From an uncultured Planctomycetia bacterium (GTDB lineage: Bacteria > Omnitrophota > Gorgyraeia > Tantalellales > Tantalellaceae), in the NCBI GenBank assembly GCA_964572255.1, contig CAZNEE010000005.1:24720-88719 (forward strand): 64,000 bases of DNA. The letters run 5' to 3'. The position numbers and the translations under genes are program-made. Below are positions 36,941-46,306 of the stretch, piece by piece (the stretch's first letter is position 1; each line of letters starts with the position of its first letter). The notes below the pieces were generated by a model that was not told the origin of the DNA, ran no database searches, and was given only the letters and a program-made list of their open reading frames with translations.

Positions 36941-38227
36941 CTATACGACCTCTCCATCCTTCACTACAATACGGCCGTCAACCAAAAGATCAGTAACGGC
37001 GCCTTTTAATTTCCAGCCGATAAACGGCGAATTGCTTGAGCGGGATTTGATCAGTTTTTTCTCATACACCCATTCTTTTTCAGGGTCTATGATCACGACA
37101 TCCGCCGCCTTTCCTTCCTTAAGCGTACCCCCTTCACATCCAAGTATCTTCGCCGGGTTTGTCGAAAATTTTTCGATCAGCTTCGTCCAATCCAGATATT
37201 TCTCATCTATAAGCTTCATTGCTGCCAAGGGTAATGCCGTTTCAAATCCTATCATACCGAAGGGTGCATAATCAAACTCTTTTTCTTTTTCATTTTCAAG
37301 ATGGGGGGCATGATCTGTAGCGATAGCATCTATTGTCCCGTCTTTCAGCCCTTCTTTGAGCGCTTTTACATCCCCGGCTGATCTCAAGGGCGGGTTTACT
37401 TTAAGATTTGTATCATACGTTTTTAGATCTTCGTCCTTAAGCGTAAGGTGGTGAGGCGTAACTTCAGCGGTTACTTTTATTCCTTTTTTCTTTGCTTCTT
37501 TTACGAGTTCCACGCTTCCTTTTGTTGATATGTGCGCGATATGCAATCTTGCGTCCGCCAGCTCCGCAAGCTGGATGTCCCGTTTTACAATATTCATTTC
37601 CGCTTCCGCGGGTATCGGGGCCAGCCCCAATACAGTTGACCAATACCCCTCATGCATTACGCCGTTTTCCGCAAGAGCCTTATCTTCGCAATGCGAAATA
37701 ACGACCATGTCCAACATCGATGCGTACTCCAAGGCTCTGCGCATAAGCGCCGCATCGCTGACCGAATCACCGTCATCGCTGACAGCGGGACATCCTGCAT
37801 CTTTAAGTTCCGCCATTTCGGTCAATTCTTTACCTTCCCGGTTTTTAGTTATCGCGCAGATAGGGATGATTTTTCCCTTTCTGGCATCACTTGCCTTGTT
37901 CAGTAAAAATTTCACCTGAGCTTGATTATCACAAGCAGGCTCGGTGTTAGGCATGGCGGCCACATTTGTAAAGCCGCCGGCTGCGGCGGCCGTAAGCCCG
38001 GTTTCGATAGTTTCTTTATCTTCCTGGCCGGGCTCTCTTAGGTGAGCATGCATGTCGATGAACCCCGGAGCAACTATTTTTCCCTTGGCATCGATCGTCT
38101 TGTCCGCTTTCGCTTTAATGGACGGCGCTATCCGGGTTATTTTGCCTCTTTCAATAAGGATATCACTTATTTTATTTACCTTCTGTTCAGGGTCTATAAC
38201 CCGTCCGTTTTTTATTAAAATCTGCAT
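36941..38227 (-). CDS. pyrC: dihydroorotase
   Basis: 428 aa amidohydrolase (GFIDMHAHLREPG metal-binding His motif). Confidence 0.93.
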   Translation of the reverse strand: MQILIKNGRVIDPEQKVNKISDILIERGKITRIAPSIKAKADKTIDAKGKIVAPGFIDMHAHLREPGQEDKETIETGLTAAAAGGFTNVAAMPNTEPACDNQAQVKFLLNKASDARKGKIIPICAITKNREGKELTEMAELKDAGCPAVSDDGDSVSDAALMRRALEYASMLDMVVISHCEDKALAENGVMHEGYWSTVLGLAPIPAEAEMNIVKRDIQLAELADARLHIAHISTKGSVELVKEAKKKGIKVTAEVTPHHLTLKDEDLKTYDTNLKVNPPLRSAGDVKALKEGLKDGTIDAIATDHAPHLENEKEKEFDYAPFGMIGFETALPLAAMKLIDEKYLDWTKLIEKFSTNPAKILGCEGGTLKEGKAADVVIIDPEKEWVYEKKLIKSRSSNSPFIGWKLKGAVTDLLVDGRIVVKDGEVV

Positions 38228-38319
38228 ATTTTCTCCATTTTATTTTAATTTTTAGCATATTTTTGGGAATTTATGTGTATTTTTGCCTATTTTTCTATTT
38301 TTCTCTCCATTTTGTTGTT

Positions 38320-39261
38320 TTATTCTTTAATTTGGCTCAGCAAGAATAAGACCGCCATCCGGACAGCTACGCCATTTGTGACCTGATCCAAAATCACCGA
38401 GTACTCTCCGTCAGCCACATCCTGGCTCAATTCAACTCCCCGATTTATAGGTCCCGGGTGCATGAGGACTAAGTTCTTCTTCGCGAACTTATCTAATTTT
38501 TCCTTATTGATGCCGAAGCGCTTTACATATTCCCTGATGCTTGGGAAAAGATTTTTCTTCTGCCTCTCCAATTGTATTCTCAGGACATTTATGGCATCTG
38601 CCTTCTCCAATGCTTCCCGGATATCATATGTGACTTTTACTCCCATTTTGTCTATCTGGGCCGGCATTAATGTCTTCGGCCCGCACACTGTCACCTTTGC
38701 TCCAAGTTTCTTAAGCGCCCAGATGTTGCTCCGCGCGACCCTTGAATGAGCGATATCTCCGATAATGCTTATATTCAGCCCTTCTACTTTCCCCAGTTTT
38801 CCTTTTATGGTAAACGTATCCAGAAGAGCTTGGGTAGGGTGCTCGTGTGTTCCGTCCCCCGCATTAATGACTGTCGCGTTCACCCTGCTTGACAAGAAAT
38901 GCGGCGCTCCCGAACAGGAATGTCTCATTATTATCATGTCGATCTTCATTGCTTCTATATTCCTTGCTGTATCCTTTAAGGTTTCTCCTTTAAGGAAGCT
39001 CGAGGAAGCTGTCGCTACATTCAATGTATCGGCGCTTAACCTTTTAGCAGCGAGCTCAAAAGAAGCCCTGGTCCTTGTGGACGGCTCGCAAAAAAGATTG
39101 ACTATTGTCTTTCCCCGCAGAGTCGGAACTTTCGGGATAGGCCTTTTTAATATTTCCTTGAAGTTCTCTGCCTGTTCTAAAATAAGCTCTATTTCCTCGC
39201 GCGAAAGATCCTCTATCCCCAGAAGATGTTTTTTTGTCCATTTTATTGATCTCTTCTTCAT
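38320..39261 (-). CDS. pyrB: aspartate carbamoyltransferase catalytic subunit
   Basis: 313 aa. STRTR carbamoyl-phosphate motif and HPxQ. Confidence 0.95.
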   Translation of the reverse strand: MKKRSIKWTKKHLLGIEDLSREEIELILEQAENFKEILKRPIPKVPTLRGKTIVNLFCEPSTRTRASFELAAKRLSADTLNVATASSSFLKGETLKDTARNIEAMKIDMIIMRHSCSGAPHFLSSRVNATVINAGDGTHEHPTQALLDTFTIKGKLGKVEGLNISIIGDIAHSRVARSNIWALKKLGAKVTVCGPKTLMPAQIDKMGVKVTYDIREALEKADAINVLRIQLERQKKNLFPSIREYVKRFGINKEKLDKFAKKNLVLMHPGPINRGVELSQDVADGEYSVILDQVTNGVAVRMAVLFLLSQIKE

Positions 39262-39815
39262 GCCTGCTTCTTCTCCTCTATGACAACTACTTCTTCAGCT
39301 CCATCGGATTCTTTAAGCCTTACTTCCACGCTCTCTTTTGTTGCCGTGGGAACGTTCTTCCCCACAAAATCCGGCCTTATGGGCAGCTCTCTGTGCCCTC
39401 TGTCTATAAGAACGGCCAGCTGAATGCATGCCGGCCTCCCGAAATCTATTAATTCATCAAGAGCGCATCTTACTGTCCTTCCCGTATACAGCACATCGTC
39501 AACAAGAACTATTCTTTTTCCGGTTATATCAAAATCGATTTCCGTAGAATGAACTATCGGCTGCTGGGCGACTTCCGTGAGATCGTCCCTGTATAAGGTG
39601 ATATCAACCGCCCCGACCGGGATCTCGCTTCCCACTACATTCTTAAGCTTTTGCGCTATCCTTTCGGCAAGATACGCGCCTCTATGCTTTATCCCGATTA
39701 TTGCGAGATTTTTTATTTCTTCCTTATTGTTCTCAAAGATTTCATGCGCTATTCTTTGAAGTGTCTTTGCTATTCCTTCTTTGTCCAAAATTTTTGCTTT
39801 TTCCTTAAATGCCAT
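39258..39815 (-). CDS. pyrR: bifunctional pyr operon attenuation regulator/uracil phosphoribosyltransferase PyrR
   Basis: 185 aa PRTase fold ([12 protein letters not shown]). First gene of the pyr operon, with a 4-nt overlap with pyrB. Confidence 0.93.
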   Translation of the reverse strand: MAFKEKAKILDKEGIAKTLQRIAHEIFENNKEEIKNLAIIGIKHRGAYLAERIAQKLKNVVGSEIPVGAVDITLYRDDLTEVAQQPIVHSTEIDFDITGKRIVLVDDVLYTGRTVRCALDELIDFGRPACIQLAVLIDRGHRELPIRPDFVGKNVPTATKESVEVRLKESDGAEEVVVIEEKKQA

Positions 39816-39845
39816 TTTGTACCATCCTGATTCCTCCTTGCGGAT

Positions 39846-39882
39846 ATAAAAAAAGCCTCCCCGTCACACGACAGGCAGGCTT
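39846..39882 (-). terminator. pyr leader attenuator: intrinsic terminator
   Basis: Minus-strand RNA AAGCCUGCCUGUC-GUGU-GACGGGGAGGCUU forms a 13-bp stem with one mismatch, followed by UUUUUUUAUA. It lies about 35 nt upstream of the pyrR ATG. Confidence 0.75.
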
Positions 39883-39918
39883 CCTATATAAAGCTATATT
39901 ATTCACCATCTTCTCCTT

Positions 39919-39942
39919 TTCCGGCCTCACAGGACCGGTTTA
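39919..39942 (-). promoter_or_regulatory. PyrR-binding anti-antiterminator loop in the pyr leader
   Basis: Minus-strand CCGGUCCUGUGAGGCCGG matches the PyrR binding-loop consensus ARUCCNGNGAGGYU (UCC-G-GAGG). It lies just 5' of the attenuator terminator. Confidence 0.7.
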
Positions 39943-39970
39943 AAAGGTGCTTTTCTTTCTATAGATGGTA

Positions 39971-40834
39971 CTAGTTTAGCTCGGATTTGTCAAGCATATT
40001 ATTCCCCAGCATTAATCCCAAGAGTCTCTGCAGATCATCGTTGGAATAATATTGTATTTCGATGCGCCCTCTCTTTTTCCCCTGTTGTATATTAACCTTG
40101 GTCCCGAAATAATGCTGAAGCTGCTCTTCCAAATGCGCGATTTCCGGGTCTTTTTGTTTTTTTGATTTAACCCGAATATCCTGCGATTGTTTTGCCCGAT
40201 GTTCCGCTTCTCTTACTGAGAACCCTTTTTTTACGATATCTTCGGCTAATCTGCGGCGGCGTCTTTCATTCGCTATGGACAAAAGGGCCTTTGCGTGCCC
40301 GGTAGTTATCGTGCCGTCCTGTAAATATGCCTGGATCTCATCCGGCAAATTCAGGAGCCTCATGCTGTTAGAGACCGTTGTTTTATCTTTTCCTACCATC
40401 TGGCTTACTTTGTCCAGCGTATATTCAAATTTACTTATGAGCTCCTGATATGCGTTAGCTTCTTCTATCGGGTTTAATTCGTCCCTTTGGATGTTCTCAA
40501 TCAAGGATATTTCAAGACTGCTGGCATCGCTTATATCCTTCATTATGATCGCCGGGATCTCTTCAACTTTTAATTCCTGCGCCGCTCTCCACCTTCTTTC
40601 TCCCGCGATAATTTCATACCCCTTATCGCTTGGCCTTACAAGGATCGGCTGGATAACTCCTTTTTCCTGGATCGAACTTAAAAGCTCCTCCATTTTCCCC
40701 TGTTTGAACGTTTTTCTTGGCTGGAATTTATTTGGGCTTATCTCCGCAACTTTGATCTTGTCTATCTTTCCTCTTTCCTTATTCGGATTGTCCGGGATTA
40801 ACGCATCCAAGCCCTTTCCTAATCTCTTATCCAT
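39971..40834 (-). CDS. parB: chromosome partitioning protein ParB/Spo0J
   Basis: 287 aa ParB N-domain (GERRWRAA) and HTH. Confidence 0.92.
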   Translation of the reverse strand: MDKRLGKGLDALIPDNPNKERGKIDKIKVAEISPNKFQPRKTFKQGKMEELLSSIQEKGVIQPILVRPSDKGYEIIAGERRWRAAQELKVEEIPAIIMKDISDASSLEISLIENIQRDELNPIEEANAYQELISKFEYTLDKVSQMVGKDKTTVSNSMRLLNLPDEIQAYLQDGTITTGHAKALLSIANERRRRRLAEDIVKKGFSVREAEHRAKQSQDIRVKSKKQKDPEIAHLEEQLQHYFGTKVNIQQGKKRGRIEIQYYSNDDLQRLLGLMLGNNMLDKSELN

Positions 40835-42497
40835 TTTTTCTCTCCTTATTTGTTGAGTTTTCTGTTATTGTTTGAACGTCATCTATTATTTCAACCTTTT
40901 CAACATCCCACAAGATAAAGCGGATAGGTTCTCCCTTTATCCGGGAAACATGATCAGAGTACGGGTCAGACCGGTATGCCTCGCCTGCTGGGGTTACTTT
41001 TATTGCACCGCCCGGGAGGCCATATAAACGTGCTGGTAATTTTATGATTCGCACGCCCTCGCGGTAAATCGTTTCATAGTCTGCAATATGCGTGATGCCG
41101 CATTTGCGCAAATATTCTGTTAGCTTATGATTTTTCAGGGCCATTTGATATTCGTAGCCATTGATCACTCCGTCTAAATTTATTGTTGTTCGCCCGCAAA
41201 AATATCCGAACAGTCCGCAATCATGCATCCCAATTACCGCATTTTCAGGCAGGCTGGTTCGCGCCCAAGCTGCTGCTTTGTGCCAGTTTTTGTTGCGTTC
41301 TCCCCGCATAAATGAATCAAAATATAGGCCGCAAAAAGAGAACGTTAAAACTATCGCCACGGCACCCGCGAAAACACGCAGCGAATAATTGGTCATCAGA
41401 TGTATTCTGGCAAAAACAAGCCCGGCTGATAAAATAGCAACGGGCCCATACGCTGCATAGTGCCACCACTGAACTCCCCAATTCATAAAGAAGAGCGTAT
41501 ATAAAAAATGAATTATGGACCCGACCCACAATGCCAACAAAATGTCATTTCTGCTTCCTATACTAAGAGTCGCCTGCTCTGGCTTCTGTTCATCAAGTTG
41601 GTTCTTAGACGCTATTGTCCGGATAATAATAGCGGATGAAAATATTATTTCAGCTAAAGCCAATATTTTAGAGTAATGCATTACCTCGCTAATATGACCA
41701 AGCGAAATTGTTGGAAAAGTGGTTTTTATCGCGCCGCTGATCGGCATAATGTGCCCAAAAGCGCTGTAATTCCAATAAAAGTATGGCAAGCAGAAAAAGA
41801 CCAAAACCATGCCTGTTTGAAAAAGCTTTATCCCCAGCTGTCTCACTTTATTCGCATCATCAAAACTAATAACGGCACGTACTATTACCAGTCCCAAGAC
41901 AGACAGGACAATAAATATTGTATCAAGCCGACACAAGAATATCAGCGCAAGTACCGTCCCCAAAAGAATATTTTTGGAAAACCCGCTGCGCAATGACAAA
42001 AGGTCTTTTTGCTGACACAAATAAATCATTGCAAATAAAAGCAGTATTAGCAGTCCCGTTTCAAGCCCATTGACTAACGGGTTTAAAAACAAAGGGAAAA
42101 AAAGCAATGATATTCCTATAATTGCCGCCTTCCGCCCCGCCAGACCCGTACCTGCCCGATACGCCGCCCAAAAGCTTCCTCCAGCGATCAGCGTTCCAAG
42201 ACACAAAACCGCTCTTGTAGCAATTTCAATGTTCCCGCGAAATATGAAAAATACTGGTATCAATATTCCCATCCACAATGGATGAAACCCGTTGGTTTGA
42301 TTAATGCCATCAAATGTCATGCCATTTCCGCTCACAATGTTGTGAGCAACTTGGTAATAATAAAATGCGTCATCGCTTACGCGGAATGTTAGATCAGTTA
42401 ATGTTGCGGTACAGCTTAAAAATATTCGCCCTGCTGTCAGCAAAACAAGTATCAGCGCCACCCATCTGTCAAGCTGTTGGTTCTTGTCCAAAAACAT
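40827..42497 (-). CDS. GT-C-fold integral membrane glycosyltransferase (ArnT/PMT_2-like, polyprenyl-phosphate-sugar dependent), located between parA and parB
   Basis: 556 aa, at least 10 TM helices. First extracytoplasmic loop carries DDAFYYY...GFHPLW, resembling the DExxY...HPPL signature of ArnT/PMT_2 family enzymes. Has a C-terminal soluble domain of about 150 aa. Overlaps both the parA and parB ends. Confidence 0.5.
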   Translation of the reverse strand: MFLDKNQQLDRWVALILVLLTAGRIFLSCTATLTDLTFRVSDDAFYYYQVAHNIVSGNGMTFDGINQTNGFHPLWMGILIPVFFIFRGNIEIATRAVLCLGTLIAGGSFWAAYRAGTGLAGRKAAIIGISLLFFPLFLNPLVNGLETGLLILLLFAMIYLCQQKDLLSLRSGFSKNILLGTVLALIFLCRLDTIFIVLSVLGLVIVRAVISFDDANKVRQLGIKLFQTGMVLVFFCLPYFYWNYSAFGHIMPISGAIKTTFPTISLGHISEVMHYSKILALAEIIFSSAIIIRTIASKNQLDEQKPEQATLSIGSRNDILLALWVGSIIHFLYTLFFMNWGVQWWHYAAYGPVAILSAGLVFARIHLMTNYSLRVFAGAVAIVLTFSFCGLYFDSFMRGERNKNWHKAAAWARTSLPENAVIGMHDCGLFGYFCGRTTINLDGVINGYEYQMALKNHKLTEYLRKCGITHIADYETIYREGVRIIKLPARLYGLPGGAIKVTPAGEAYRSDPYSDHVSRIKGEPIRFILWDVEKVEIIDDVQTITENSTNKERKNG

Positions 42498-43320
42498 CCC
42501 TCATTTCTTCTCCGTTTATTTGTGTAACTTCTTTATTTGCGGCTACTTGTGTCTCTGGCTTTAGGGGGACCCCTAGAACTTCACAGGACAATTCATCATA
42601 CTTTTTAGCGCCGATTGAAAATTCATCATAAAGAGCTATCGGCTTACCGAATCCCGGAGCCTCTGTAAGCTTGACAGCTCTTGGAATAACCGTATCGTAT
42701 ACCTTGTCGCCAAAATGGCTCTTTACTTCATGGATAACTTCTTTTGTCAGATTGGTCCTGTAATCGGCCATTGTCATCAAAACGCCTTCAATTTGTAATT
42801 TGTTGTTTAAGTTTTCTTGTATCAGCTTAACCGTGTTCATTAACTGCCCCAATCCTTCAAGGGCGTAATATTCGCATTGTATCGGGATAAGCGCTGAATC
42901 TGCCGCGGTGAGGCCATTAATTGTCAATAGCCCTAAAGACGGAGGACAATCGATCATAATAAAGTCAAAAGCGTTTTTCATTTCTTCCAAGGCTTTTTTT
43001 AGGCGGTATTCTCTCCCCATGACATTTACTAACTCAACTTCCGCTCCTGTAAGGTTAATATTTGATGGGACTAAAAACAAGTTCTCGACTTGAGTCTCCT
43101 TGATGGCTTGGTCTAAGCCGACATGTTCGTGCAGCACGTTATAGATGCTGTTTTCGATCTCTTTTTTATTAATGCCCAGGCCGCTCGTAGCATTGGCTTG
43201 CGGGTCAAGATCGATAAGAAGTGTTCTTTTGCCTTTTAACGCAAGGTAAGCAGAAAGATTGATGGCAGTGGTGGTTTTTGCAACACCGCCTTTTTGGTTA
43301 CATATCGCTATTTTTTTCAT
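42469..43320 (-). CDS. parA: chromosome partitioning ATPase ParA/Soj
   Basis: 283 aa. Deviant Walker A KGGVAKTTT, plus about 30 extra C-terminal residues. Confidence 0.93.
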   Translation of the reverse strand: MKKIAICNQKGGVAKTTTAINLSAYLALKGKRTLLIDLDPQANATSGLGINKKEIENSIYNVLHEHVGLDQAIKETQVENLFLVPSNINLTGAEVELVNVMGREYRLKKALEEMKNAFDFIMIDCPPSLGLLTINGLTAADSALIPIQCEYYALEGLGQLMNTVKLIQENLNNKLQIEGVLMTMADYRTNLTKEVIHEVKSHFGDKVYDTVIPRAVKLTEAPGFGKPIALYDEFSIGAKKYDELSCEVLGVPLKPETQVAANKEVTQINGEEMRDVFGQEPTA

Positions 43321-43467
43321 GTGAATTCCTTTTGTTTTTAGGTAGGGTTTTCGCTGTGCGCTCTAATCTCTATGATAGCGGAATTGCCTAATCGTAACAG
43401 CTGGCAATTTCGCTGCACTAACTAATGGCTCTTGGACGCGGAATGTCCGCAATAGAATAGCTAGACA

Positions 43468-43481
43468 TTTCCACGTGGAAC
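43468..43481. promoter_or_regulatory. parS-like inverted repeat, copy 1 (TTTCCACGTGGAA)
   Basis: Perfect palindrome TTCCACGTGGAA centred on CACGTG. It resembles canonical parS TGTTTCACGTGAAACA with symmetric flank changes, upstream of parA. Confidence 0.5.
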
Positions 43482-43550
43482 TACAAATACTCTTTTGTAG
43501 AAAATATAGCACACAAATTGCCAAAGTCAAGTTTTTGGAGAAAATTTTTT

Positions 43551-43564
43551 CAGAGGTACGTTTC
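43551..43564. promoter_or_regulatory. parS-like inverted repeat, copy 2 (TTTCCACGTGGAAA)
   Basis: Second identical 14-bp palindrome 83 bp from copy 1. A 7-bp-arm palindrome CTACAAA-N6-TTTGTAG lies between the two copies. Confidence 0.5.
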
Positions 43565-43581
43565 CACGTGGAAATGGGGGA

Positions 43582-43779
43582 TTACTGCTTCGCTTTAAGG
43601 GAAACTTTTATTCTGGCTGGCGTTGCGCCTTTCATGCCGAAAAGACCTTTATATTCTTCCTTTAAAACCTCGATCTTGACGTCTTCTTTATGTGCATGAA
43701 GAGTTTTAAGCGCTTTTCGTATCGCTTCTTCGATAGTCGTTCCTTCAACTTCTATTGTTTTAATTGTTTTTCCGCTCAT
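43582..43779 (-). CDS. Jag_N-domain-only small protein (KhpB/Jag N-terminal domain without KH/R3H)
   Basis: 65 aa. MSGKTIKTIEVEGTTIEEAIRKALKTL matches the Jag N-terminal domain. It sits in the conserved yidC-jag position, but the protein ends after about 65 aa. Confidence 0.6.
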   Translation of the reverse strand: MSGKTIKTIEVEGTTIEEAIRKALKTLHAHKEDVKIEVLKEEYKGLFGMKGATPARIKVSLKAKQ

Positions 43780-43780
43780 A

Positions 43781-45388
43781 CTAAGAAACTTGTAGTCGTT
43801 TGTTCAGAAAGCCTTGTTCAACAGTCATTAAAATAGTGTTCGTCAGCCAGTATAATACCAGTCCTGACGGCATATTATAAAATAAAAATCCGAAAAAGAT
43901 GGGGAAGATAGTCATCATCATTTTTTGTTGTGAAGCCTGTTCTGCAGTCATGGCTTCTGTTGCCCCTTGAGAGATCTTCTGCTGGAGGACCATTACTCCC
44001 ACCATCAAAAGCGGTAAAATATTTATATGCGCTCCTATTATAGGCAAAGTCACCGGCAAGCTTACAGCGTCCGGCCTTGCCAGGTCTTTGATCCACAAGA
44101 AGTTAGCTCCTTTTAACTCGATCGATCTTATCAGGCCTTGATACAACGCTATAAATATTGGCATCTGCAAAAGCAGCGGCAAACACCCTCCGAATGGGTT
44201 AACGTTATATTTTTTGTAAAGCTCCATGGTTTCTTTGTTCATTTTCTGAGGATTATCTTTGTGGATCTCTTTAAGCTTTTGCATGTGAGGCTGCAGCTTT
44301 TTCATCTGCTGCATTGATACAAAGCTCTTTTTTGTGAGAGGGAAGAGTATTGCATTTATAACTATCGTCAGCAAAATAATTGCTATGCCCCAATTTTTTG
44401 TTCCCTTTTCAAAAAACCGTAAAACAGACAATAGCGCTTTGCTGACTCCTCCAAAAAAACCATAATTAATAATATTTTTCATGTCTTGTCCGACATGCTC
44501 TATTCTTTGTTCGTTTAATGGTCCTGCATACATTATATATGACTGTTCTATTGTTCTTGCTGCTCCAACCCTCAATATTTGGCTATTAAGCGCTGTGAAC
44601 AGTTCTCCGTTGGCTTGCCTTACTACAACGGACTTGACCGGCTGCAATGGTTTAAGGATAGCTGCAAAATAGCGGCTCTTTAATGCTGTCCACGAAACAT
44701 TGCCCATTCTTTCTTTGGCCGCCTTTGCGGAGCTATCTTTCACGACTTTATCATCGATCATTGAGTCTGCCTCTAAAAACCGTCTTCCCATGATTTTGCT
44801 GGATTGTTGTATCCCCGACGGGCCTATCATCTGATATGAAAAGGTCTGTTCCCCGGCAGAGAGGTTCTTGAATGAAACAGTTAAGTCTATGTAATCAAAA
44901 GTGTTATAAAAATTAAATCTTTTCACGATTTCAGCCCGGCCAGGATCTGAAAAACTATATTCTATATATCCTTTGCCTCTATTAACTTTGTAACGGCTAT
45001 TCCCGAGTCCGGGGATAAGGTCGCTTTGTATCGAAAAAGGTCTTATTTGAGGGTTATCTTCTCTTAAAAGGGTTTCTTCTCCGCCGTCATCCTCATATTC
45101 TTTGAGGCTTATCTCTTTAATGGTCCCGCCTATGTCAGAAAATACAATAGTATACTTTTCTGTTTCGATAACCGCTTCATTTTCATCTAAAGATTCTGCC
45201 GTTTGCTGCGTTAAAGAGACCCCGGAAGGAAGCGCAGGCGGAATTTCTTCTCGGGCCTGTTCTGCTTGTTGTGCCGGAACGATAGCCGCAACGGGCTGTG
45301 TTTTTGTGGCAGTTCCTTTAAAAAAATGCTGGAACCCGATAAGTATTAACGCTGATAGGACTAGCGCTGTTATCATTCGTTTTTCCAT
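43781..45388 (-). CDS. yidC: membrane protein insertase YidC (long form with periplasmic domain)
   Basis: 535 aa with N-terminal TM, large periplasmic domain and 5-TM C-terminal core. Confidence 0.93.
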   Translation of the reverse strand: MEKRMITALVLSALILIGFQHFFKGTATKTQPVAAIVPAQQAEQAREEIPPALPSGVSLTQQTAESLDENEAVIETEKYTIVFSDIGGTIKEISLKEYEDDGGEETLLREDNPQIRPFSIQSDLIPGLGNSRYKVNRGKGYIEYSFSDPGRAEIVKRFNFYNTFDYIDLTVSFKNLSAGEQTFSYQMIGPSGIQQSSKIMGRRFLEADSMIDDKVVKDSSAKAAKERMGNVSWTALKSRYFAAILKPLQPVKSVVVRQANGELFTALNSQILRVGAARTIEQSYIMYAGPLNEQRIEHVGQDMKNIINYGFFGGVSKALLSVLRFFEKGTKNWGIAIILLTIVINAILFPLTKKSFVSMQQMKKLQPHMQKLKEIHKDNPQKMNKETMELYKKYNVNPFGGCLPLLLQMPIFIALYQGLIRSIELKGANFLWIKDLARPDAVSLPVTLPIIGAHINILPLLMVGVMVLQQKISQGATEAMTAEQASQQKMMMTIFPIFFGFLFYNMPSGLVLYWLTNTILMTVEQGFLNKRLQVS

Positions 45389-45433
45389 ATTCTTTCCTTA
45401 GTTGTTTGCTTTCTGCGAAAAATTCCGCTCAGT

Positions 45434-45649
45434 TTATTTTTTAATTACCGGATCATACCCTCCGCGCGAAAAAGGATTACACCTTACAACTCTCCAAACA
45501 GCCTTAATGCTCCCCCTTAAAAAGCCATGCTCGTTTATTGCCTCTTGGGCATACTCTGAACAGGTAGGGGAAAATCTACAACTCTTTGCAAGATAAGGAC
45601 TTATGAGTTTTTTGTACCACTTTATCGCCCAAATCGCTGCTTGTTTCAT
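45434..45649 (-). CDS. yidD: membrane protein insertion efficiency factor YidD
   Basis: 71 aa with the conserved Cys-containing motif, between rnpA and yidC. Confidence 0.88.
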   Translation of the reverse strand: MKQAAIWAIKWYKKLISPYLAKSCRFSPTCSEYAQEAINEHGFLRGSIKAVWRVVRCNPFSRGGYDPVIKK

Positions 45650-46005
45650 CGCGCAATTATCCTTAATTCCTTTGAAAGTTTTGTAAGTTCTTTTCTTACT
45701 TTAGCTGATAGTTCCCGTTTTGCTTCTTTTTCTAAATCGCGGGTTATCCTTACAACAATCATTGCCCCGGGGCTGTAAAGTTCCTTATTTGTACGGAAAT
45801 GCTCGTAAATAACCCGGCGGATATAATTGCGAAGAACGGCCTTGGAGACAAATTTTTTTGTTGCTATAATCCCTACTTTTACTAGATCCTGTTCTTTTTC
45901 TCCAGCTCGTCTCGTATGTAATGAAATTATCGAGCTTCTTTTTCTCGTTTTGCCATCAAGAACATAGGCAAACTCTTCTCTTTTCCTTAGATGCCTTATC
46001 TTCAC
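45646..46005 (-). CDS. rnpA: ribonuclease P protein component (GTG start)
   Basis: 119 aa basic protein with the RnpA fold signature. Its GTG start overlaps the rpmH TGA as GTGA. Confidence 0.88.
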   Translation of the reverse strand: MKIRHLRKREEFAYVLDGKTRKRSSIISLHTRRAGEKEQDLVKVGIIATKKFVSKAVLRNYIRRVIYEHFRTNKELYSPGAMIVVRITRDLEKEAKRELSAKVRKELTKLSKELRIIAR

Positions 46006-46139
46006 GCGGAAAGAACTTTTTTTCCTTTTTTCCTTCTTCGGCTTAAAACCGCTTTCCCCGAGCTTGTCTGGCTTCTTTTTCGGAACCCGTGTTTCCTTTT
46101 CCTCTTAAGATTTGACTTGGCTTTGAGATTCTTTTTCAC
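46002..46139 (-). CDS. rpmH: 50S ribosomal protein L34 (GTG start), not in ORF track
   Basis: Minus-strand translation V/MKKNLKAKSNLKRKRKHGFRKRSQTSSGKAVLSRRRKKGKKVLSA is a clear bL34. GGAGG Shine-Dalgarno 7 nt upstream of the GTG. Confidence 0.88.
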   Translation of the reverse strand: MKKNLKAKSNLKRKRKHGFRKRSQTSSGKAVLSRRRKKGKKVLSA

Positions 46140-46184
46140 CAGATTACTCCTTCCTTAACCATAATATAAAAAATGAGATTTATG

Positions 46185-46212
46185 ATTATAGCATACAGCT
46201 TGTCTAAGTCAA
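46185..46212 (-). promoter_or_regulatory. rpmH promoter (TTGACT-N16-TATAAT)
   Basis: Near-consensus sigma70 hexamers on the minus strand, about 45 nt upstream of the rpmH GTG. Divergent from the dnaA promoter. Confidence 0.55.
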
Positions 46213-46233
46213 GGAGTTTAATGAAATTTTTGC

Positions 46234-46262
46234 TTGCATTGCTCGGGGTGAAAAGTTATAAT
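46234..46262 (+). promoter_or_regulatory. dnaA promoter (TTGCAT-N17-TATAAT)
   Basis: Near-consensus sigma70 promoter on the plus strand about 130 nt upstream of the dnaA ATG. Confidence 0.55.
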
Positions 46263-46306
46263 TAGTTCCAGCATTAAAAGCATCTCTTGATTTAGCAAAT
46301 CAAGGC

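Noticed and set aside
43475-43699. 74-aa plus-strand ORF in the parA upstream region
   Set aside because: It overlaps the Jag_N gene on the opposite strand and spans the palindromic regulatory region, with no RBS and a low-complexity product.
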